Shown piece after piece: positions 49,483 to 59,875 of a DNA stretch of 64,000 bases. Numbering within the stretch: position 1 is the stretch's first letter; every line of letters starts with the position of its first letter. Origin of the DNA: Heteronotia binoei (Eukaryota); NCBI RefSeq assembly GCF_032191835.1, contig NC_083237.1, positions 17,980,001 to 18,044,000 of the forward strand, read 5' to 3'. The position numbers and the translations under genes are program-made. The notes below the pieces were generated by a model that was given only the letters and a program-made list of their open reading frames with translations, was not told where the DNA came from and made no database searches.

Positions 49483-50905
49483 TATTTATTTATTTATTTT
49501 AGAATTTATATCCCGCCCTTCCCACAAGTGGCTCAGGGCGGCTTCCAACAATAAATCCGACACAAAAATTAAACAATATTTAAACATGTAAGGAATTAAA
49601 CATTTAAAAACAGATAAAACCTTAAAAATTAATAAATATTCCAAATATATAAAAGAAATCTGGCAACTTGCATTAAATTCTCAAGCTAGGTGTAAGCTAG
49701 CCGGAAGAGGGTCGTCTTACAGGCCCTGCGGAACTGAACAAGGTCCCGCAGGGCCCTCACCTACTCCGGCAGCTGATTCCACCATGTAGGGGCCATAACA
49801 GAGAAGGCCCTTTCTCTGGTGGATTTCAAGCGGGCTTCTTTTGGCCCAGGGATAGTAAGGAGATTTTGTGTTCCCGACCTCAGTACTCTCTGGGGAACAT
49901 GTGGGGAAAGACGGTCCTCCAGATAGACAGGTCCCCAGCCATATAGGGCTTTAAAGGTGATAACCAGCACCTTGTACCAGACTCGGTATATCACTGGGAG
50001 CCAGTGCAGGGTCCGGAGACCTGGCTGAATGTGTCCCCACTTTGGGAGACCCAGTAACAGCCGGGCCGCGGCATTCTGCACCAGCTGCAATTTCCGAGTT
50101 TGGGACAGGGGCAGCCCCATGTAGAGGGCATTACAGTAGTCCAACCTCGAGGTGACCGTAGCATGGATCACTGTTGCTAGGTCGTCGCGCTCCAGGAAGG
50201 GGGGCAACTGCCTTGCCCGCCTAAGGTGAAAAAACGCAGACTTGGCAGCGGCTGCTATCTGAGCCTCCATCTTTAAGGAAGGCTCCAATAGCACCCCCAA
50301 GCTCCTGACCCTGTCCGCCGCTATCAGCGGCGCACCGTCAAAGACTGCTAGGGGGATTCCCCCTCCCGGGCCACGGCGACCCAGGCAAAGGACCTCTGTC
50401 TTCGCAGGATTAAGCTTCAGCCCGCTCAGTCTGAGCCACTCAGCCACGGCATGTAATGCCCGATCTAGATTTTCCGGGACGCAGGTTGGCTGGCCGTCCA
50501 TCAATAGATAGAGCTGGGTGTCATCAGCGTACTGGTGACACCCTAGCCCATACCTTCGGGCAATCTGGGCAAGAGGCCGCATATAGATGTTAAATAACAT
50601 CGGGGAGAGAACCGCCCTTGGGGCACACCACAATCGAGTGTGCACCTCCGGGATAGCTCCCCCCCAACTGCGACCCTTTGTCCCCAACCTTCCAGGAAAG
50701 AGGAAAGCCACTGTAAGGCCAACCCCTGAATCCCCGCGTCGGCGAGGCGACCCTTCAGTAGCCGATGGTCGACCGTGTTGAACGCAGCCGACAGGTCTAA
50801 CAGCATCAGCACTGCCGAGCCACCCCGATCCAGATGCCGTTGAAGGTCATCTACTAGGGCAACCAGCACCGTCTCCATCCCATGTCCCGGGCAAAAGCCA
50901 GACTG
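49483..50905 (-). mobile_element. 5'-truncated L2 (RT 3' half, frameshifted)
   Basis: LLDLSAAF, YADDTQLY, RLDYCNALY; (ATTT)n tail at about 49483-49500. Confidence 0.9.
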
Positions 50906-51033
50906 AAAAAAAGAACATTGTGAAAGAAGCAGAACATTGCCAAGAAAGCACATGCTGTGTATCTGACTTCCCCTAGACCTGCACATAAATAGAATTTTCT
51001 GGGCCATAGACTTGATCTTACTGCATTGGGAAG

Positions 51034-51245
51034 GGATGGTGGCTCAGTGTTGGTAGAGCATCTGCTTGGTATGCAGAAGGTCCCAGGTTCAATTACTGGC
51101 ATTTCCAACTAAAAAAGGGCCAGGCAAATAGGCATGAAAAACCTCAGCTTGAGACCCTGGAGAGCCGCTGCCAGTCTGAGTAGACAAGACTGACTTTGAG
51201 GGACCGAGGGTCTGATTCAGTAAAAGGCAGCTTCATATGTTCATA
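51034..51245 (+). mobile_element. tRNA-head SINE with a CR1-like tail; copies at ~3240, 42826, 54540 and 57597
   Basis: ggctcagtg.tggtagagcatctgcttgg...ggttcaa head; gacaagactgactttga..gaccgagggtctgattcag tail. Confidence 0.75.
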
Positions 51246-51685
51246 GTCCAGGAAGCCACAACTAGTCAATTTCACTGAAGTCAATCCACTGTTACCAGGA
51301 GTCAAGACGGTAGTTGGATTTTACCACCACATCGAGAGGAGGAGCAGTTATGTTTGTTTAGTGATCTGCTGTATTTATTTCTGTCAGTCTATATGATCCT
51401 TATTCTGCCTTCCCTCGCAGTGGCTACCCTCATCCATTTAACCTTCCAAACTAGAAGCAGACAAGGCTGAGTAAAAACAACTAGTCTAAGGGAGCTTAGT
51501 GGCTGAGCAAGGATATGAGAGTGGCTCAACTTTGTCCTCATTCAGTGCTCTAACCCCAGGCTGGCTGTTTTCCAAAAAGCCATGCAAATAGAAAACTAGC
51601 ACCTCAGGGGATCAGAAACATTGTCCTTGATGTGCTGGTTTTCTCCTTGTGGGGATATATACTCGAAGAGTGTTGGGGGAAAGAG

Positions 51686-52165
51686 TATTATATGGCCGAG
51701 GACCCACCTACCTGAGGGACCGTCTTTCCCCATACGAACCCCAGAGAGCACTGAGGTCAGTCGGGAAAAATCTGATGACCATCCCCGGGCCGAAGGAGAT
51801 TAAACATCAGAGCACCAGAGTACGGGCATTCTCGAGTGCGGCTCCTACTCTGTGGAACCGACTCCCCGAGGAGGTGCGGGCCCTGCGGAACCTTGAGCAG
51901 TTCCGCAGGGCCTGCAAGACCGTCCTTTTTAAACTGGCACATCCGGACTGTTAGGAAGATCAAGAATTAAGGAGCCGCCAATGCGGTCTGAAGATTCACA
52001 CCGCAGAATAATTATATCATTGAACTGGTTTTTAATGTTAGTAGTTTTATTGTTGATGTTTTATATTGTTGGATTTAAATGTTTTTATAATATCACTGTA
52101 TGTTTTGTAATATGCTGTTAGCCGCCCTGAGCCCGCTAAGGTGGGGAGGGCGGGATAGAAATAAA

Positions 52166-52228
<63 letters not shown>
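51686..52228 (+). mobile_element. L2 3' fragment with a long (TTA)n tail
   Basis: LYGRGPTYLRDRLSPYEPQRALRS...RRACKTVLF; ttagccgccctgagccc...gggcgggatagaaat followed by (TTA)n. Confidence 0.9.
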
Positions 52229-52230
<2 letters not shown>

Positions 52231-52769
52231 CTTGAGAGCCAATGTGGTGTAGATATCAACTGTGTCAGACTCCTGGGAAATCAAATCCCAGGATCAAATC
52301 CCCACTCTTCTATGGAAGCCTACTGGGTGACCTTGGGCCAGTCAACACCCTCTCAGCCTAACCTACCTCACAGGATTGTTGTAAGGTTAAAATGGAGGAT
52401 GCATAAAATGCATAATTTCATAGACCTCTATCAACAGGTTTTGTGGTTGTGGTTCAAGGGTTATAGAAAGTACTGAACATGTTCTCCTGAATTGTACATT
52501 TTACTGTGATATTTGTGCCATTTACTTAGCTCCTCTTCTTCAGAATCATGAGGGACAATCTGATGGTGGTAAGACTCTCTTCCTATTGTCCTCTCATAAC
52601 CCTGAGATTATTGAGACTGTGGCTAAACATCTGTGCTGTGCTTCTAAGAGGAGAGGAATGTCTCAAATGTTGGGGTAAAATATGTTTTCTCCCTTGCTGA
52701 TTGTGCACATCTATGCTGTTATGCCAATAAAAGTGGTGGTGGTGGTGGTGGTTGTTCTATCATGTCTCC

Positions 52770-53330
52770 CCTTGCTCTCCTTTTTTTCTAAGCTAAGCAG
52801 CTCTAAATATTTTAACTGGTCTTCATAGGACAGTTACTCTAGCCCCTGATCATTTTAGTTGCTCCTGTCTGCACTGTTTCAGGCTCTGTAATACCTTTTT
52901 CAGGTGTGGTGACCAGAACTGTAGACAGTATTCCAAGTGTGGCCTTACCATAGTTTCGTATATGGCACTAACCTCTGCTGGCATAGGCCTTTCTTTCTGA
53001 GAAAGAAAATTCCCTTCCTCCCTGATGACGCATGGGCCTTTGCAAAGATCCCTTGCCACGTAAAACAAGTTCAGAACCCCTTTGGATTGATATAATCCCC
53101 ATTTGAGACAGAACAGCAGCTGGTGCTCTCCAAGGTCCTGAAACCCTTGTGAACACAAGACAAACAGCCGTAGGCTTTGTTTGCCAAGGCTGGGATCCAC
53201 GAGCATTTGATGCAGAAGTCATATAAAGTGGAACAGCAAGGTTTGCCCCCTCTTGGCTTCAAGAGAAGCTGAGGGGAACTAGGTGGGGAAGAGGATGAAG
53301 TGTCCAAGCGAACTCAATTCTCATCTCTGC
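52770..53330 (-). mobile_element. Degenerate CR1 fragment
   Basis: YETMVRPHLEYCLQFWSPHLKK is a CR1 RT C-terminal motif. Confidence 0.8.
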
Positions 53331-54915
53331 ACAGAGAACCTATTCACACAAGCTATCTGTTTTCATTTTTTCTCAAGGATAACTGGATCACAGCCTGCCT
53401 ATATTTCTCCTTTTGCTGATCTGGATTTTTTTTCCTCTCCTTTTCCCACTTTTGCTTGACTTTTCTGAAAGATCCTAAAGCCTGAATGATGCAGGGTTGT
53501 CTTGGAAGGGCATTTCAGTAGCCTGAGATTCAAGGTACCAGTCAAGAATCAGCTTTATATTGACTAGAACAGTTACTTCTATGAATGGCTCTTTAATCTC
53601 CATTCCCCCTAGCACTGTATTCCTTTTTCTTGCAAATTTCCTAGTTATTTTAAGATCAAAATCTGCAACAATTAGTCATGATTCAGATCAGTGTAGATGA
53701 AATTGCTGTAGCAAGCATTTCTAAAAGCCGAGCCACTTTTCAGTGAGCACCCCGTGTGAAGTACAACCAAGTCAAAACTGAATATAAAACACCACAATTA
53801 ATTAAAATTGTTAAAACAAAGAAGTCAATCAGCAAAGGACAGCAAGATATCATTTGCTCACTAGTAACTCCTTAAAATCCAGAAATCACTTAAAAAATAG
53901 TTTTAATCCGCCTCTGAAAGTCTACCAGTTAGAAGATGCCAGGCGGGAAGGCATGTTATTCTTCTGCCAGTTGCTGTGAAATACCCACATTTCATAAGAA
54001 TTTCAGCCTAGGCACAGAATTCAGCTCCTGGATAAACTTTTCCTTAAAAACAAAAGCAAGTCTCTTGTCCTTACGGTTATGGAGAGATTTGAAATGCTTA
54101 CTGAAATCTCAGGAGCTGCAGTTGGAAAGGATGTAGCCGGGGTGCGATGCTTCTGTACTCTGCCCTGCCTCCTCTCCTTTATAATTAGGTGAACCATAAA
54201 AGTAGCTCAATAAAAACTGTGTGAAATGAAATTGCCTGATCTATACAGCTCGTTAACACAGGAGGTGGGTTCCCCCAGAAACATTTACTTGTAGAAAGAA
54301 ACATGGGAGAGCAGATTGGAGCGAGCTCTACAATTTAACAGAATAAAATGAAGGAGAAAACTCTTGGATTCCATTCACAGCTCCCCGAGGTTAAAGTAGC
54401 ATAAGGATGTAATATTGTCAAGTTGCAACTGATATGGCAACCCCTCAAGGGGCTTTCAAGGCAAGCAATAAGCAGAGGTGGTTTGCCTTCTTCCACATAG
54501 CAATGCTGGTCTTCCTTGGTGGCCTCCCATGCAAGTACGGTGGCTCAGTGGTAGAGCATCTGCTTGGTAAGCAGAAGGTCCCAGGTTCAATCCCCGGCAT
54601 CTCCAACTACAAAGGGTGCAGGCAAGCAGGCATGAAAAACCTCAGCTTGAGACCTTGGAGAGCCGCTGCCAGTCTGAGTAGACAATACTGACTTTGATGG
54701 ACGCAGGATCTGATTCACTATAAGGCAGCTTCATATGTTCATATGTACTCATGATGGCCAACCCTGTATAGCTTCCAAGTTCCGGCAACCTGGACTCATC
54801 TGGGCTCTTCAGACTGTTGAATGTAGAACGTAGTATACTAGGATAGAAGAGCAGGCCTGAGGGAAAATTAAACACTATCCCTACTCTTTTTCTCCTGCCA
54901 GAACCAGCCATCATC

Positions 54916-55863
54916 ATGAATGGATCCGCCATTTCAGAGTTCATTCTGCTGGGCTTCTCCTGCTCCGGCATTTCTCACTTCTTCCTTTCCTCTTTGGTCT
55001 TGGTCTGCTGCATCACCATTCTTCTGGGCAACTTCCTGATCATGGTGACGGTGCGATCCGAGCCCCGGCTCCTCCACTGCCCCATGTATTTCTTCCTAGC
55101 CAACCTGTCTCTCCTAGATGTGTCCTTGGGTTCAGTGGCTGCTCCAAAGTTAGCAGTTGACTTGTTAAACTGCGGCCACACCATTTCCTATGGGGGTTGC
55201 ATGGCCCAGCTTTTCTTCCTCCACTTCTTTGGGGGTGCTGAGATGCTCCTCCTCACGCTCATGGCCTACGACCGCTACGTGGCCATCTGCCACCCACTGA
55301 GGTACATGGCCATCATGGACCGGCAACTCTGCTTCAGGCTCCTCCTGCTTTGCTGGGCAGGAGGCCTCCTTCATTCCACCATTCAGATGGTGGCAGTTGC
55401 CCAGTTACCATTCTGTGGGCCCAACGTGCTGGACAATTTCTACTGTGACATCCCACAAATGATCGCACTAGCTTGTACGGAGACTTCCGCTGTTGAGATT
55501 CTCATGGTGGTCAATAGCAGCCTGTTAACTCTGCCCTGTTTCCTGGCCTTGTTGGTTTCCTATGCCACAATCTTGGTCGCCTTCTGTGGCCGCTTTGGGA
55601 AGGCAGGCAGGAAGGCTTTTTCCACTTGCATCTCCCACTTGATGGTGGTCAGCCTCTTCTACGTGCCTTGTGTCTTTGTGTACCTGAAGCCCTCCTCCAG
55701 CTCCCAGGTGGACAAGATAGCCTCCGTGTTCTACATGGTGGGCACCCCTGCCCTCAATCCCCTTATCTATGCTCTGAGGAACCAAGAGATTAAGGAGGCC
55801 ATGGGGAAATGGAAGAGCAAGCAAAAACTATTCCCGATTGCTGCAAATAGAGTACATGTGTGA
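54916..55863 (+). CDS. OR4Q3-like: Olfactory receptor OR4Q-like, copy 2, 315 aa
   Basis: Colinear paralogue of 41526-42464 with full OR motifs; acceptor-like ctctttttctcctgccag just upstream. Confidence 0.92.
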   Translation: MNGSAISEFILLGFSCSGISHFFLSSLVLVCCITILLGNFLIMVTVRSEPRLLHCPMYFFLANLSLLDVSLGSVAAPKLAVDLLNCGHTISYGGCMAQLFFLHFFGGAEMLLLTLMAYDRYVAICHPLRYMAIMDRQLCFRLLLLCWAGGLLHSTIQMVAVAQLPFCGPNVLDNFYCDIPQMIALACTETSAVEILMVVNSSLLTLPCFLALLVSYATILVAFCGRFGKAGRKAFSTCISHLMVVSLFYVPCVFVYLKPSSSSQVDKIASVFYMVGTPALNPLIYALRNQEIKEAMGKWKSKQKLFPIAANRVHV

Positions 55864-56655
55864 CATTTCTTCCAATGTCAAAATTGTTGTTCGTATGGAT
55901 GGCAGCCACCAGGTGGGGCCTAGGGATCCCAAGAATTACAGCTCATTTCCAGACTACAAAAATCAGTTCCTCTGGGGGAAAAGGCTACTTTGGAGGGTGG
56001 ACTCTATGGCACTGTGCCTCACTGAAGTCCTTGTCCTCCCTGAGTTCAATCCCCAAATCTCCAGGAGTTTGCCAACCTGAATCAGGCAATCCTAGGAGAT
56101 TTCTAAGTTCATGGACAAGATGCCAGAGCCCTTTAAGCATCTTGAATGTACTGTCCATATATTTGGCAAGTGAGTTCAGTAGCATCAGACTGAATGGCTT
56201 CCATGGATGAAAACTTTGTTTCCACTGAGTGTGTGATGGACATGAATACGACAGTCAGAAATTGCTGGCCCTCACCACAAGAGCCAGAGCAGTATAGCCG
56301 TTAGAGAGCTGGAGCTAGGAAATCTGGGCTCACTATACTGAATGATTTTGGACCCGTTGCTTTTGTTTAGCCTTACCTATCTTGCAGGACTATGGTGAGG
56401 ATAAAACGGAGAAAGAACAAAGCATGCGGCTCCAGGCTACTTGAAGGGAAGCCAGGATAAAATATATATTAGCAGTTGTGGTACATAAATGTCTGTAAAA
56501 AAAAGAATGTTGGACATCAGATTTTGGGTCTGTTGTTGTTCATTTAATTTATAAACCACTCTCCCTTGAAGACTCAAAGCGGTGTACCCCATTAAGTACA
56601 TAACTATAATCCTGTTTTATACATAATCTTCTCTTGAATGAAGGACAAGGACTTC

Positions 56656-56935
56656 AGAGGCAGTTTGGTGTAGTGGTTAAGTGTGCGGACTCTGATCTGG
56701 GAGAATTGGATTTGATTCCCCACTCCTCCACTTGCAGCTCCTGGAATGACGTTGGGTCAGCCATAGCTCTGGCAGGAGTTGTTCTTGAAAGGGCAGCTTC
56801 TGTGAGAGCTCTCTCAGCCCCACCTACCTCACAGGGTGTCTGTTGTGGGAGGGGGAGGTAGAGGAGATTGTAACCGCTCTGAGATGCTGAGATTCAGAGT
56901 ATATGGTGGGATATAAATCCAACATCTTCTTCTCT
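56656..56935 (+). mobile_element. Squam3-like SINE
   Basis: Full head, body and tail. Confidence 0.85.
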
Positions 56936-59644
56936 TATGTTCCCTCACAACAAAGTCAAAGAACTTTCTATCTATATAATGGTGCTTCAAGTGCATATGG
57001 CTATGAACAGGAGGCCGTTCTTGATGCAGGTTCCGCAACATAAAAGTTACAAAGATATTATTCACTTGTGGAATTCAGTTCCCAAAGACGTGGGACAACT
57101 TGGGCACCCTTGTGGGGAAAGGTCAACTGTAGCTATGAAACCTCAATATTCAGAGCGGGTTACCTCAAATTGCAAGATTCTGGGATGTAAGAAGGGCTTG
57201 TCCTCAACACCCTCCCCAAATGAAGACACAAGACCACCATACATGAGTTTAATTGGTTTATTTAAACAGATGGTTTACATCAGAAGCTATTAGCCAAATT
57301 AACGACACAATGTGCTAGGTAGCCTACTGCTAATGGCAATCTTCCCCTTCCCTAGCCTGCTGCACACACAATGAAAGATCTGGTTGATGCTGCTCAGCAC
57401 CAAGGTTGTTCCAGCCTGTCCCACTGTACAATGAATGATGGTCTGTTACACAAATGGACCATTATTGTGTGATGCCTCAAGGTGATCTCTGATTCACCCT
57501 ACCTATAATGAGCATCTTATCCTATTCTCACCATCCTAATTATGGTCTAACCATTCCAAGGACCAAGCTAATTTATCCCAACCTCCCTTAGATAGGTGAG
57601 GGGCTGTTGCTTTGCATGCAAAAGGTTCCAGGTTCAATCCCTAGCACCTCCAATTAAAAGGACCAAGTAGTAGATCATGTGACCCTGAAAAACCAATCTG
57701 AGTACACATTTCTGACCCCGATGGCCCAGCTATCTTCTTAAATGTAAGGCAGCTTGTGTGTGTTCATTTGTGACAACACGAAGCAGGTGAGAAGCAGTTT
57801 CCTAAATTCCCAATTCTTTGGGGGAATTTTGGGTCTTCATTTTTTGTTTTTGAAATCTGGCTTTTTATGTGTATGATAAATCTCCTTCATTAATTTCAAA
57901 GTCATATAATTAAGCCCAAGGCTCTGGCCAAACATGTTTAAAACAATTCTTCCCCAGAGTTCCCTCAAAGTGTTTGGGAATCAGATTCCAGCGGCAAGAA
58001 CCCCAAAGGCTGATGGGCATTTTTCATAGGGAACGAACAGAGCTCGGGAAAGATTTGTAGCACTGAGAAAGAGCACACAACAAAAAGCTCCTGGTCCAGT
58101 TTCACTGGTTACTTCACTGGCTTCTGTGCCATAATATGGACATAGAACTCAACTGAGTGATTCAAATTTAAATAAATGCAAAAGTCAGTTCTTCTGATAT
58201 ACGTGAGGTCCAAATAAGCCAAAAGTAGGCTGTGGGGTGGGTGGTGGTGAAAACATTTTAGAAAGGATTTGAGCCAAAACCAAACTTTGGCCTGAACATA
58301 AATCTGAAGCACCTCATGGGAGGAGACAGCAGGTCTTTTTTGTAGCAGGAACTCCTTTGCATATTAGGCCACACCCCCATGATGTAGCCAATCTTCCTGG
58401 AGCTTACAGTAGGCCCCATACTAAGAGCCCTGCAAGCTCCAGGAGGACTGGCTCCATCACGGGGGTGTGGCCTAATATGCAAAGGAGTTCCTGCTACATA
58501 AAAAGCTCTGCGAGACAGCATCCTTTGGGGTTTATCTGGTTCCAGTTGAGAAAACTGGTCTGAAGCTGGATAAAAACCAAACGTTACATCATTAAAACTC
58601 AACATAATTTGGGCAGAGGACAAGAACAACACACTAAACTGTAGCAGCCCCAAGAAAGATTAGCCCGCCACTGCAAAAGCACTCGAGAGCAATTCCACTT
58701 TAAGTAATATCCATTGAATTAAAAGATTTGAGCCTGGTAGCACCTGACCAGCAAGATGTTCAGCGTAGAGGCTTTTGAGAATCAGAGTTTTGACTCTTAG
58801 AATCATAAAGTTGGAAGGGACCTCCAGGGTCATCTAGTCCAACCCCCTGCACAATGTAGGAAACTCACAAACACCTCCCCCTAAATTTACAGGATCCTCA
58901 TTGCTGTCAGATGGCCATCCAGCCTCTGTTTAAAAACCTTCAAGGAAGGAGAGCCCACCACCTCCCGAGGAAGCCTGTTCCACTGAGGAACCGAAAGCGT
59001 TTGTCCTGGAAATCTTGTAGTTATTTATGGTGCTACTTGCTGTTCTACTGCAGACCAAGAAGGCTATCCACCTGAAAGTATCTTCAGTGGGATAAGGTGT
59101 GTGATAGGAGGCGACCCAAAAGATGGATCTTTGTCTCCAGTGATGCTCAAGTATAAATGGAAGGTGAATACAGCTTAGAAAATTCACACTAGCTTCATAA
59201 TCTTCTTTTCAGATGGGTCACTCCAACACCAAACCTACATGTTCATTATGTTACTGCCAGCTTTGGGGGGATCGTGTGCAAAAAAAGCCCCCAAAGGTCT
59301 TCTCCCCTTCTCTGTCCACCAACAGCCTCCAACTTACAGCATTCTTCCTACCCACCTACTTTCATGCCCTGCCTCTGAATTCTTCCTCTGCTTGTCGGAG
59401 CGGGAGTAGCAGAGTGAGGGAGATGACTTGCCCGACACAGGGCTTCAGGAAAGAAAATCAGGCAGACACGTGCAACTAGTGCCAAAAGGTGTATTAACAT
59501 ATATACACGACAAGTGCTCTCTTGTGCAGTCTATACAATATCACCTCCACGGACAAAGTGCTTCGCCTAACCACCATCTCACAGGGAGAGACCTGTGTGA
59601 TGCACACACAGATCATATATAGTCCAAGCAGCCAATCCTGGCCG

Positions 59645-59657
59645 TGCTGACTCAGCA
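59645..59657. promoter_or_regulatory. Consensus T-MARE (Maf/AP-1) site in the LTR; also at 62966-62978 and 47610-47622
   Basis: TGCTGACTCAGCA exact match. Motif match only. Confidence 0.7.
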
Positions 59658-59702
59658 GATTGCATCACTTGGCTTCTGCCGGCTCAAGCCGGTCTGCTGA
59701 TC

Positions 59703-59717
59703 AGGTCACTGTGACCT
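59703..59717. promoter_or_regulatory. Consensus estrogen response element in the LTR; also at 63024-63038 and 47668-47682
   Basis: AGGTCActgTGACCT equals the AGGTCAnnnTGACCT consensus. This is a motif match only; function is untested. Confidence 0.7.
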
Positions 59718-59875
59718 AGCCTGGCAGCTAGATCACCAGCTGTCATACTGTAGCTGTCGGACTGGGTTTATGTAGATTCTTGCTCCAACACACCTCCTAA
59801 TCTATTTAAACCCAGTGCACCAAAACACTTTACACAGTTTACATACATGTCCACCAGCAACATTACAGTTCATAT

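Noticed and set aside
52047-52259. Poly-Asn ORF
   Set aside because: Reverse translation of the (TTA)n tail of an L2.
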